From contig JBAXBA010000004.1 of assembly GCA_037142195.1 (NCBI GenBank), forward strand, positions 1-64,000: DNA of 64,000 bases, read 5' to 3'. Shown here in pieces: positions 28,693-38,033 of this stretch. Both the position numbers and the translations under genes were made by a program. Positions within the stretch are counted from its first letter, which is position 1. The number at the start of each line of letters is the position of its first letter. This DNA comes from Pseudomonadota bacterium (lineage in GTDB: Bacteria > Bdellovibrionota_B > Oligoflexia > Oligoflexales > CAIMVM01). A model generated the notes under the pieces. The model searched no databases, was not told the origin of the DNA, and worked only from the letters and a program-made list of their open reading frames with translations.

Positions 28693-31600
28693 ATGAAACA
28701 TGTATTAAAATCTGTTGGGATCAGTCTCATGGGCCTAGTGTTGGGGTGCTCCTCAGCGAAGCCGCAGGAAGGTCAAGAAGATATCTCTAATAGTCAGGCA
28801 AACCAGAGTAACGCCGCCTTAGATGATGAAACTTCTGATGTGGATTCTGCTTCGAATGTTAATGGAGAGACCACCGACTTTGGTTCCGAAAATCAATTTT
28901 CAGGTAATGCGCCTAAGAACATCTCAAATGGAAATAAGAATATATCGAAGAATTTTAATTCCTTTGGGGGAGAGCCAAATCTCATCACAAACTCCACATC
29001 CAATTCGGCAATCCCCTCTAACATGCCCATGACGAGTAACTCAGTCACACTAAATGCTGCGAGCGGACTCAATTCAGCTATAAATAGCTCGATAAATAGC
29101 TCGATCTCGAGCAACTTAACTGTGTCTGCTAATGCTGCAACTCCAAATGCAAGCATGCCAGTGCCTACGGCTCCCACGATAAAGGAGCAGGTCGTACCCC
29201 CAAAAAGTGAAACTACTGTAGTAAATGCTGGGCCGAGATTGACTTGGGTTGGTTTTGATTATCGACCTTTAGACGCACAAGTTAGAGTAGAGATCGTCTC
29301 TGAAGGCGTTCCCGAGTACGACGTGCTACAAGAAGTGAACAAGAAGCAGCAACCTGAACTGGTTGTGAGACTCTACAAGACTACTTTAAAGAAGAAAGTC
29401 AGGCGTGATATCGACTGTTCAGAGTTTAAGAGCCCCGTTTCTTTCATTAGAATGAGAGAAGACTTAGAGAAATCATACACTGATGTGGTGATGACCCTCA
29501 GAGACAAAGTAGTGCCACGACTTTTTGCTGATAAAGGCAACATACTTATCACGTTTTCCATTCCCCAGCGCTATTTTGGAAACTCTGCGATAGGGATGTC
29601 TGCAGAGTCGAGGGGAAGTTTCCTTTCAGGATTTAGAGTTCAGCCCATTATCCAATCGGGTTCGAAACAGCCTTTAAAGGCATCAAAAATTCCAGATCCC
29701 ACCAAAGGAGCTTTTAGTCAAGCGCCGGCCCTTGGCGGAGATCCTCTGCAAGCTGAGTCTATCGCTCCGTCTGCGCCTTCTGAAGCATCTCAGGTTGCCC
29801 CAGAAGCAGCAGTGCCCATGGCTGAGTCGACATCCAATCCCTCTCAGAGTGCCAACAGTCAACTACCGGCAAATGCAGCAATTTCTAATACCGGAGCTTC
29901 AGGGCTTAACGGAAGTAACTTCGGGGACATGGACGGCGGTAATGTTAAGTTGGAGAATCAGCATGCCCAGGCGGCCAACGAATATCCTACTCTTCAGGGC
30001 GCTGAAAGTGAGAATCTTGACGGGACCCAGAATGAGGGCCTGAACAATAGTCCTGAGAACATTCCAGATGAAGAAGAACAGCTAGATGATACAGGCAATG
30101 ACTTTTCCCTTCAAAAGAGTTTAGAACTTCCAACCCTATTATTTGAGTACCAAATTGCTGCTGTGGGGAACGATGGGTATGCCCTAGACGAAGATTTGGA
30201 TGCTGTTTCTCCTAAGAATTCTTCCAATGGGGCGACAGGTGCCCAGACACCATTTCCGCAAAATGCAGCGGGCGGTAATGGCGGAGCAATAAATAGCATG
30301 ACCCCAAACAGTGCGGTCAGCAACGGAACGAATTCAAAAATGAGTTTGAACGGTAATGCGGCAACTGGCATGTACCTTAATGGTTCCAATCAAATGAAAA
30401 CTTCAGGAGCGGTTACAAATGCAGCTCCTCTAGCACCTAATGCAAGCGTAAATTCTGCAAGCCTAGCACCGATAAATACGGCCGGCGCTGATTCTGAGTT
30501 CGTGGATCTTACTGGTCCGGATACAATGGGTGCAGAAAGTGTTGCGGGAGCAGAGAAGTCAAGTGGTGGCCAAGTAACTCGCCCCGTAAAGTTAGAATTT
30601 ACGGGAGCTAGACTTTCTGACGTCTTAAAAGTTTTGTCTGAGGAAAATGGAACCAACTTTATTTTTACCGATGAAGCCGTAAAAGACTTAAAAGTGAATG
30701 TAAGTTTAAAAGATGTGAGCTGGACAGATGCTTTAGGTGCCATCCTTGACACTTACGGTTTAGGCTACTCTCAGCTTCCAGGAAATGTTGTAAGAATCGA
30801 CAAGTTTGCCAATCTCAAGGGTCAAAAAATCGACATTATGGCAGCCAAAGTCGAAGCACTCAAACTACAAAGAACCCGGCAAATGGTCTACAAATTGTCC
30901 TTCGCAAAATCTGCAGATATTGAAAAATCAATCACGCGTCTCATTGATACGGGACTTGATCCCAGAATGAAAATCACAGGGGATACGAGAACAAATACGG
31001 TTGTCATAGAGGCTGTGCCTGAGCTTCTCTCCAAATTTAAGTCTATTATTGAAAAGCTCGACACGCCGACCCCTCAGGTCCGAATAGCCGTAAAAGTTGT
31101 TGAAGCGTCGGAATCCTTTAACTATGATTTCGGTGTGAAGTGGGGGACAAACTTACTATTAGACTCTGCTCGCGGTCTTGGATTTGGTTCATTGCCCTTT
31201 CCCAAGACAGCAACTTCAAGCGTAGCCATCGATGTTCCATCTGCCAAAGCACCCACAGCTCAAATAGGTGCACGTCTAGGTAGTTTGAACAATGCCGTTA
31301 ATTTGGATGCCGTCATAGCTTTTTCCGAGGCTAAGCAGAATGCTAAGATTTTGCAAAACACAAGCGTACTCGTCCTTGATCAGCAACCCGCTTTAATCCA
31401 GCAGGGCCTCACGGACTACTTTGATGCAGTAGATAATAGCTCAGCAACTACCTCCACGGAGCGAAAGTCGTCTCCCGTAAGTATCCAATACAATCTGACC
31501 CTAAATGTTACCCCCTCAGTTTCAGCTGATGGTTCAGTGGGGATGAATGTGAAGTTAAATGCCGACACACCGGTCACAGGTAAAGCCAAGACTGCGGTTG

Positions 31601-32163
31601 CAGGTATGGCCAATAAGAAGCTAGAAACTTGGATGCTCAAAAAAAGCGGAGAAACTGCCGTAATTGGTGGTGTCTATACAACTCGAAAAGAAGAAGTTGT
31701 CAAGGCTGTTCCATTCTTTTCAAAAATACCCATCATTGGATGGCTTTTTAAAAGTACTGTTCAAGAAATGCAAAAGACAGAACTCATTATTTTTGTGACT
31801 CCGACCATTGTCAATGGAAAGTCAGATGATCGCACTCGTGGTGCAAGTTATGTGGATCTGCCACAAACCAACTCAACCTATGCCGCTCAAGGTTCCCTTG
31901 AACCTACCTCCGCCGTCCATTCGATGGGGGCTGAGGGTTCTGGTTCTCAATTAAACACTGCTGCTACCAATTCAGCCCAAGCCAATTCAGCCCAAGCCAA
32001 TTCAGCCCAAGCGAATGCCAGCGCAAACTCTTCGCAGAGTCAAGGAGCTAACCCGCAAGGGCTGGAAAACCCGATTAATAGTTCCAGTGAAAGCAATTCC
32101 ACAAATAATGCGACCGATAATTCGACCAATAGTTCGGGCGGCAACGGAGAGGAGCAGCTATGA
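28693..32163 (+). CDS. pilQ: Type IV pilus secretin PilQ (extended, with lipobox)
   Basis: LVLGC lipobox; AMIN-like domain; N0 (VKLEFTGARLSDVL..VSLKDVSWTDAL); N3 (DTRTNTVVI); secretin core GETAVIGG..VPFFSKIPIIGWLFK..ELIIFVTPTI. Confidence 0.9.
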   Translation: MKHVLKSVGISLMGLVLGCSSAKPQEGQEDISNSQANQSNAALDDETSDVDSASNVNGETTDFGSENQFSGNAPKNISNGNKNISKNFNSFGGEPNLITNSTSNSAIPSNMPMTSNSVTLNAASGLNSAINSSINSSISSNLTVSANAATPNASMPVPTAPTIKEQVVPPKSETTVVNAGPRLTWVGFDYRPLDAQVRVEIVSEGVPEYDVLQEVNKKQQPELVVRLYKTTLKKKVRRDIDCSEFKSPVSFIRMREDLEKSYTDVVMTLRDKVVPRLFADKGNILITFSIPQRYFGNSAIGMSAESRGSFLSGFRVQPIIQSGSKQPLKASKIPDPTKGAFSQAPALGGDPLQAESIAPSAPSEASQVAPEAAVPMAESTSNPSQSANSQLPANAAISNTGASGLNGSNFGDMDGGNVKLENQHAQAANEYPTLQGAESENLDGTQNEGLNNSPENIPDEEEQLDDTGNDFSLQKSLELPTLLFEYQIAAVGNDGYALDEDLDAVSPKNSSNGATGAQTPFPQNAAGGNGGAINSMTPNSAVSNGTNSKMSLNGNAATGMYLNGSNQMKTSGAVTNAAPLAPNASVNSASLAPINTAGADSEFVDLTGPDTMGAESVAGAEKSSGGQVTRPVKLEFTGARLSDVLKVLSEENGTNFIFTDEAVKDLKVNVSLKDVSWTDALGAILDTYGLGYSQLPGNVVRIDKFANLKGQKIDIMAAKVEALKLQRTRQMVYKLSFAKSADIEKSITRLIDTGLDPRMKITGDTRTNTVVIEAVPELLSKFKSIIEKLDTPTPQVRIAVKVVEASESFNYDFGVKWGTNLLLDSARGLGFGSLPFPKTATSSVAIDVPSAKAPTAQIGARLGSLNNAVNLDAVIAFSEAKQNAKILQNTSVLVLDQQPALIQQGLTDYFDAVDNSSATTSTERKSSPVSIQYNLTLNVTPSVSADGSVGMNVKLNADTPVTGKAKTAVAGMANKKLETWMLKKSGETAVIGGVYTTRKEEVVKAVPFFSKIPIIGWLFKSTVQEMQKTELIIFVTPTIVNGKSDDRTRGASYVDLPQTNSTYAAQGSLEPTSAVHSMGAEGSGSQLNTAATNSAQANSAQANSAQANASANSSQSQGANPQGLENPINSSSESNSTNNATDNSTNSSGGNGEEQL
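31967..32011 (+). repeat. 15-bp tandem repeat CCAATTCAGCCCAAG x3 (NSAQA) in the pilQ tail
   Basis: Three exact copies, in frame. Confidence 0.9.
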
Positions 32164-32798
32164 AAACTTTTTTTCTATATTCCGGCTTAACGTTCCTGGT
32201 TTTTGGCTGTGGAGTGTCTCCGTCAGGAACTCCGGGACAGTGCGCGTTGAAATGTTCCAAAGCCAAGATTGGAGACTCAATTGGAATGAAGGTGACCCCC
32301 ATCAACATTCCTGAAAAATTTGTGTGTAGCTCGCAAGGCATTTTTGAACGACCGGTGGTGTTGAGCTTTAAGGTTACCAATTCCGTGCCTGGGTCTTCTT
32401 ATGGAAAAAAAGCGGAGGACATGGTTGATGTGGCAGTCGGAGGAGTAAGTTTTTTGGCAGAAACCTCGGGGAGTGTTTTTTCCGTGGAAAAGTCTTCTAC
32501 GGAAAATGGGACGTTTTCAGATGATAAAAAAACTTTCTCCCCCAGTCAATATGCGGGGATTGCAACTCCTATGTCCGAGTGGTGTACAGATGAGTGCGGG
32601 GTCCTAACCATCCAAGTTTGGCCTCAGTGTCCCCCGGCTGGTATAGATATAAATGGCACCCTTGGTGTTCGCTCCGGGAGTCTGGCGCCTGCAGATCCCG
32701 TTGTGATTTCCGTAAAAACCGAAACACCTACCGCTTTGACGGGCCCTGCTCCTGAAACGGGGTTTGAAAGACCTTTGTCATCCTCTACCTTTCTCTAA
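32160..32798 (+). CDS. Cys-rich lipoprotein translationally coupled to pilQ
   Basis: LVFGC lipobox, six further Cys, ATGA overlap with the pilQ stop. Confidence 0.7.
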   Translation: MKTFFLYSGLTFLVFGCGVSPSGTPGQCALKCSKAKIGDSIGMKVTPINIPEKFVCSSQGIFERPVVLSFKVTNSVPGSSYGKKAEDMVDVAVGGVSFLAETSGSVFSVEKSSTENGTFSDDKKTFSPSQYAGIATPMSEWCTDECGVLTIQVWPQCPPAGIDINGTLGVRSGSLAPADPVVISVKTETPTALTGPAPETGFERPLSSSTFL

Positions 32799-32836
32799 AA
32801 ATCTGGTAGAATGGATTCAAATGACATGAGGTTGCG

Positions 32837-33769
32837 ATGAAGCATTGGATTGACTTGGTCTCGAGGTTGCCATTAACGGATGTCCAACGCGAGGTCGTAA
32901 ATCGCTTTTCAGCAGATATCCAGGGGCGACTTTTTCTGCCGATCGCAGATATATTGAAAGCCCACAATAAACTTGATGAAGCCCTCGAACTTCTGCTACA
33001 GGGCGTTGCGAATCATCCCAGATATTCAGTAGCCAGGGTTGTATTGGTTCGAGAGCTTTTCCACAAAGGGATGGTCAATCACGCTTGGGACTGTGTTCAA
33101 TCGAGTCCCGTGAGCCTTAATGATAACCTTTTGGCCCAGCATCTAATTTTTAAGCTATCGATCGTTTTGGAAGATGAAGCCAGTGCGAGGGCGGCACTTC
33201 AAAATATCAGAAACCATAATCTCTCAGACCCGGAAGTCATGGAACTCGGAAGGCTTTTAGTTTCTGAAGGTATTTTTGCCGTTAAAGACGTGATTTGTCG
33301 TGAAGCCATTAAAAGAGGATATCCTTTAAGCGCGAATAGAGTTCCTTTAAGTGAAAGTGCGCCAGCTTCCCCTTTATCCAAGCCGGTTTTAACAAAAGTC
33401 TATCGAGGGGTAGAGAACTTCCATGTTTTAGCTTTGTCTGATATTTTTACTCCTGACGGCGCGAATTCTACCGAAGATCAAAACCTAGATTCTGTTGTGG
33501 AATTAGATTCGACCACTCTTGCGGAAATATTTGAGAGCCAGCATCATTATGTTAAAGCTCTGGGTATATATCGTCGCTTATTGCGAATTTCGCCTCGTAA
33601 CGACCTATTGCGCCGCAAAGTAAGTGAGTTGGCTCGTAAGAGTTCTGATCAAAAGAATGCGGATCTCGCCCTAGATCCTTCGTTGGTGGATCAGATGGAA
33701 GAAGCGAGTTCCCTTGATAAGCGCATTGACTATTTGCAAGGTTTTCTGGAAAACCTGGAATCAAAATAG
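32837..33769 (+). CDS. TPR-repeat protein
   Basis: FLPIADIL..LDEALELL..GVANHPRYSVARV and TLAEIFESQHHYVKALGIYRRLL TPR-like helices. Confidence 0.75.
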   Translation: MKHWIDLVSRLPLTDVQREVVNRFSADIQGRLFLPIADILKAHNKLDEALELLLQGVANHPRYSVARVVLVRELFHKGMVNHAWDCVQSSPVSLNDNLLAQHLIFKLSIVLEDEASARAALQNIRNHNLSDPEVMELGRLLVSEGIFAVKDVICREAIKRGYPLSANRVPLSESAPASPLSKPVLTKVYRGVENFHVLALSDIFTPDGANSTEDQNLDSVVELDSTTLAEIFESQHHYVKALGIYRRLLRISPRNDLLRRKVSELARKSSDQKNADLALDPSLVDQMEEASSLDKRIDYLQGFLENLESK

Positions 33770-33795
33770 CAAAGACATCTCAAGTTTTTGCGCGG

Positions 33796-34731
33796 TTAGT
33801 TGTTTTTTTTAATCCAGTCTCTTGCAAAGTATTGCACGTCTTGAGACTTGGATTTGTTTTGGCTATCCATCCAACCTTGATCCAGGTCACTAAATACTTT
33901 CAACTCTACTTCAGGATGGTTTTTAGAAATACTCTCTAGAGTATTAAGAGGTACGATGTAGTCTCGACCACCGTGGATGATGAGGGTTCTTGGAAGCTTA
34001 AAGTTAAGGGAGCTATCTAGGTCAAAAGAGAGCATTTCCTGAAACCATTTACTTGTGCCGGTTAATCCTTCGATGGTCCAAGTTGTGGCAGAGTTTGGAT
34101 CTGAAGTTTTGATTTCATTAAGTTTTGTGCTTATGGAATTTTCGATACTTGTACACGGCGCGTTCTGATTTTTAGTTTTGTCTTCACAGGTCAAAGCCTT
34201 TTTAAAGATGCTAGAATCTTTGAGGCCGGAGCCTATGCTCAAAAGAATAAGGCCTTCGACGTTTGGCCACTGTTTTGCTAGGGAAATGGCTGGGAGCGCG
34301 CCTTCATAGGCTCCTACCAGATAGAGTTTACCATTCCAACCTTGGTTCTTACTTTGAAAGCTATTTAAGGCAGATAGAATCTGCTCAGCCCTTGCGGTTG
34401 GGTGATTCGCATTCCAATAGGTGTCTGAACAATAGAAAAGGTTTAAAAGTGCATTAGCGCCCGTTCTGGTTCCCGCTTTATCGACCGTCATAATGCCGAC
34501 ATCAAGACCTTCAAAGGCGAACTGGGCCCCCGAGTGAAAGGAAATGGTATTTCTGCAGGAGGCACTGTTAATAAACAAGACTAAGCTATAGCTTTTGAGA
34601 GAAGTCTTGTAAGTGACATGATAGGGAGTGTCAGAGACTGTGTCCTCTATAGTAGTCACAAATGCCGAATCCCTGGGGCGTTCACAAGCTAGGGGAAATA
34701 GGAATACCAACAATGATAAAAATTTCAGCAA
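33796..34731 (-). CDS. Alpha/beta-hydrolase-fold lipoprotein (catalytic residues substituted)
   Basis: PLAC lipobox; LYLVGAYEGA nucleophile elbow; TLIIHGGRDYIVP; FSDLDQGW. Confidence 0.75.
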   Translation of the reverse strand: MLKFLSLLVFLFPLACERPRDSAFVTTIEDTVSDTPYHVTYKTSLKSYSLVLFINSASCRNTISFHSGAQFAFEGLDVGIMTVDKAGTRTGANALLNLFYCSDTYWNANHPTARAEQILSALNSFQSKNQGWNGKLYLVGAYEGALPAISLAKQWPNVEGLILLSIGSGLKDSSIFKKALTCEDKTKNQNAPCTSIENSISTKLNEIKTSDPNSATTWTIEGLTGTSKWFQEMLSFDLDSSLNFKLPRTLIIHGGRDYIVPLNTLESISKNHPEVELKVFSDLDQGWMDSQNKSKSQDVQYFARDWIKKNN

Positions 34732-35421
34732 TTAATCCCCCATTTCGATGATGGCATAGTTATGTCCAAAACCCGATTGTTCTCGTCTTTTACTATGGAA
34801 CTCCAAGCTCGACTTCGTACAAACTCGATGAACTTGAATGGATCTGGGAGAAATGCCATGTCGGGCTAATTCGAGTGCCGCAGCCACTTGAAGATCGATA
34901 TGCCATCGATCTAGAGAACCCTTAGAAAGAGACAGATAAAGGGCCTCTGGGGGGAGTTGCGCTTGAAATGCTTTTACAACTTCAGGTCCCACCTCAAAAG
35001 CCTCCCGTCCTATAGTTGGGCCTACAAAAACACTCAATTCGCTAGGAAGAATTCCTAAGCTTTTTGCAGCTTGGATTCCCTCATAGATAATTCCTTTTGT
35101 AAAACCCTTCCAACCTGCATGCACAGCCATTATAAAATCGGCTCGATTTGAGAAAAAAAGGAGAGGCAAACAGTCGGCTGTTCGAACCCCAATAGCCACT
35201 CTCTTTTGAGTAGTGAAAATGGCATCTCCCTCTTTGCCAAGGAATGCATCCTCGATGCTCAGGATGGAGGCACCATGGATTTGTTTCGGGATCAATGCGG
35301 AGCCAGGAGATCCTGCTCCTAGTCCCAAAACAGTAATTTTTATGGCAGACGGTGTGACTACAGAGTTGGATTCCGTCAGCCAAGTTATAGAGTCTAGCAT
35401 ATCAACAATGGATTTTATCAA
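34732..35421 (-). CDS. pgeF: PgeF/YfiH-family peptidoglycan-editing factor
   Basis: KQIHG, GDAIFT, RTADCLPL, HAGWKG, GPTIG..FEVG. Confidence 0.88.
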   Translation of the reverse strand: MIKSIVDMLDSITWLTESNSVVTPSAIKITVLGLGAGSPGSALIPKQIHGASILSIEDAFLGKEGDAIFTTQKRVAIGVRTADCLPLLFFSNRADFIMAVHAGWKGFTKGIIYEGIQAAKSLGILPSELSVFVGPTIGREAFEVGPEVVKAFQAQLPPEALYLSLSKGSLDRWHIDLQVAAALELARHGISPRSIQVHRVCTKSSLEFHSKRREQSGFGHNYAIIEMGD

Positions 35422-35544
35422 GCCTCGGAGTCCCGCTGTACGGCAATAGTTTGGTGCGCCTAGGGAAGGTACTTAACAGAAAAACTTCCTTTCGTTAAGT
35501 CTAGAATAAAGACCCAGGGATCTAAGGGCGGAAAGTTGGCCGGC

Positions 35545-35575
35545 AAAAAGGGAACCCTAGTTGAGGGTTCCCTTT
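35545..35575 (-). terminator. Rho-independent terminator downstream of degP
   Basis: 12-bp stem AAAGGGAACCCT / AGGGTTCCCTTT with a T-run on the minus strand. Confidence 0.8.
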
Positions 35576-35697
35576 AAAAAGCCAAGTAAGGGCTCGTAAT
35601 TTACAGCGCTGGTAGCGATCCAAAAATTAGGATTTAGTCCTTTTCACAGCCTATGATTCCTAACTCTTGGAAGGAGCATTTCCAAGTCTTTGAGGCC

Positions 35698-35728
35698 TAC
35701 TTTTTGAGACTTACTTTTTGAGACTTAC
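35698..35728. repeat. 14-bp tandem duplication spanning the degP stop codon
   Basis: TACTTTTTGAGACT at 35698-35711 and 35712-35725, plus TAC. Confidence 0.85.
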
Positions 35729-37177
35729 GTAGGCAAAGCTTCCTTCTCGTTCAATACGCAGCAGAAGTCGTTTTGCGCCGCTCGCTAAGTTTTTAAAGTC
35801 CTCGGCGCTGCTTATTTTTTGTCCATTGCAGGCTATGATGATGTCACCTCTTAAAAGCCCTGATTTCGCAGCTGGTGAATCGGGTTCGACCCCGGTTACC
35901 ACTGCTCCCGTTTTTGATTGAGGCTCTAATTCACTTCTAAGATCCGCTGTTAGGGTTTGAACTCCCACTCCAAAAGGCGCCCCTTTGGCCGGTTTAGCGG
36001 TATCCTTCTCTTTGCCCGATTTAGCTACTTCATCACCCGGAAACTCACCGACGATTACCGTAATCGTCTTTTTGGCACCATTTCGCCAAAGACTGATTTG
36101 AACTTTATCGCCTGGGTTAGAGAGTCCAATAGCGTTGGATAAGTCTGATTCATTTGTAATTTGTTTGTTGTCCACTTGAAGAAGAACATCACCTTCTTTA
36201 ATTCCAGATTTACTGGCAGGGGATGAGGGTTCTACTTGACGGACCAGAGTTCCTGTTTCATCTTTTCCTAAGTTCAGTCCTTCTTTTAGCTCATCAGTTA
36301 AAGGCTGCATTCCGATACCAATATATCCTCTTTTTACCGCGCCCTGGCTTATCAATTTGGGGGCAATCGAACGAATGAGTTTTGCAGGAACGGCAAAGCC
36401 GATTCCATTATAGGCGCCTGACTTAGAGAAAATAGCAGTGTTAATACCGACAACTTTTCCATCCATGCCCACAAGGGGACCGCCGGAGTTTCCTGGGTTA
36501 ATCGCGGCATCTGTTTGAATAAAATTCCCTAACTGGGTGATTTGAAGGTTTCCACGCCCGGTGGCAGAGACCACGCCGAACGAAAGGCTAGCCTCTAGGC
36601 CAAAGGGAGCGCCCATCGCCACAACCAACTCGCCCACGTCTAAGGAGTCCGCTTCGGATACGGTCAATTGCTCTAGCCCTGTTCGATCAAACTTATCATC
36701 GATTACTTTAACCACAGCAATATCTGTGTTTTTGTCGCGGCCTAAAACCTTACCGGGAAATGTTTTTCCGTTGGCAAGCTTAATAAAAATTTCATCCGCA
36801 TCTTCTACAACGTGGTTATTGGTGAGGATGTATCCCTTAGAAATGTCAACGATGAAGCCTGAGCCTAAGCCCTCTTGCTTTTGTTTTCTTTCCTCTCGAA
36901 GGCCAGGGCGTCCATTTCCGGGTCCAAAAAAGAATTCAAAAGGGTCCATTTGTCCTGAACCAGATAATGTTACGTTTTTAGAAACGGAAATAAACGCCAG
37001 AGACTTTCGTGTGTGTTTGGCGATTTCAGCAAGTCCCGCCGACATTTTTTTCAGTCCCTCTGTACTGGCTGAGCTGACTTCTGACTTGCCGCTATCTTTG
37101 GGTAGATCATACGCAAAAAGACTTCCTGAAACGACTACTGCGCTGCAAAACAAGACATTAGTGAAAAAATTCCTCAT
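35711..37177 (-). CDS. degP: Do/DegP family serine endoprotease with two PDZ domains
   Basis: GSGFI, TNNHVV, TDIAV, TDAAINPGNSGGPL; two PDZ domains. GGGAGG RBS before ATG 37177. Confidence 0.93.
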   Translation of the reverse strand: MRNFFTNVLFCSAVVVSGSLFAYDLPKDSGKSEVSSASTEGLKKMSAGLAEIAKHTRKSLAFISVSKNVTLSGSGQMDPFEFFFGPGNGRPGLREERKQKQEGLGSGFIVDISKGYILTNNHVVEDADEIFIKLANGKTFPGKVLGRDKNTDIAVVKVIDDKFDRTGLEQLTVSEADSLDVGELVVAMGAPFGLEASLSFGVVSATGRGNLQITQLGNFIQTDAAINPGNSGGPLVGMDGKVVGINTAIFSKSGAYNGIGFAVPAKLIRSIAPKLISQGAVKRGYIGIGMQPLTDELKEGLNLGKDETGTLVRQVEPSSPASKSGIKEGDVLLQVDNKQITNESDLSNAIGLSNPGDKVQISLWRNGAKKTITVIVGEFPGDEVAKSGKEKDTAKPAKGAPFGVGVQTLTADLRSELEPQSKTGAVVTGVEPDSPAAKSGLLRGDIIIACNGQKISSAEDFKNLASGAKRLLLRIEREGSFAYVSLKK

Positions 37178-38033
37178 GTATTCTATTTCCTCCCATTGAA
37201 AGGCAATCATCCCCGAAGAGTATCATTGTAATGGGAATTACATGAGTAAACTATGAGAAAACTCGGCTAGTTAGAAATGCTCTCAAAGAAAAAGCGTTTC
37301 ATTCTAGGATTAAGTTGCCAGAATTATTCATTTATCTTTAATTAGTCGGTTTCAATTCAAATATCTTACGCAGATAAGAGGATTCCTTCGAGAGGCAGAT
37401 GTTTTTAGGCTATTAGGGAGCTATGAGACTTAAAACAAGATTTTTGAGCCACTCTCGTTACCCACTTTGACACCAACAACAGCGCTAAAAACTTCTCGAG
37501 GCAGCAATCTAGTGTCTTCACTTTCTCCCACAACTAAAAAACTTGCCTACAAGAGTTCTCCAATGAAGAAATTCATTGCGCCACATACACGGTATCGAAA
37601 AGAGCCAATTGAGTTGGGCTCCCTACAAGATATCATAGAGGAATGACATTGGAGGTTCTGGCAGAGATTTGCTTAAAACCTAAGATCTGCTGGTCTAAAC
37701 GAAGAACAGCTTGGTAATATCAGGGGTTTTTAACTTGATTCAAGAGCGAGATAACAGGGAGATAGCATATGTACTCCATTTGCAGCTTTATTTTTAAACG
37801 GGCATATCACGGAAATCTATTGGAAAAAAAATGAAGCTATTAAAACTTTGCAGACCTGCAGCAGACCAATTTTCAGGTAAACCAATACAAATCAGTACCA
37901 AAATATTCGGGATTCACGAATCTAAGTTTTTTAAATTTACCTGTCAGTACAAATAGAGAAAAACAGATGCCTAAACAGTCTGAGACGCCATGACGCTGGT
38001 GGGATGGGTGGGATGATCTAGGGGCATTGTTCT

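Noticed and set aside
36561..37199. Long antisense ORFs (e.g. 36561-37199, 38393-38953, 54182-54676)
   Set aside because: They lie wholly opposite well-supported genes and carry no motifs; shadow ORFs.
37277..38033. Possible gene in the degP-Fic gap
   Set aside because: The frames I read are interrupted by stops and the ORF track lists nothing here; no family recognised.
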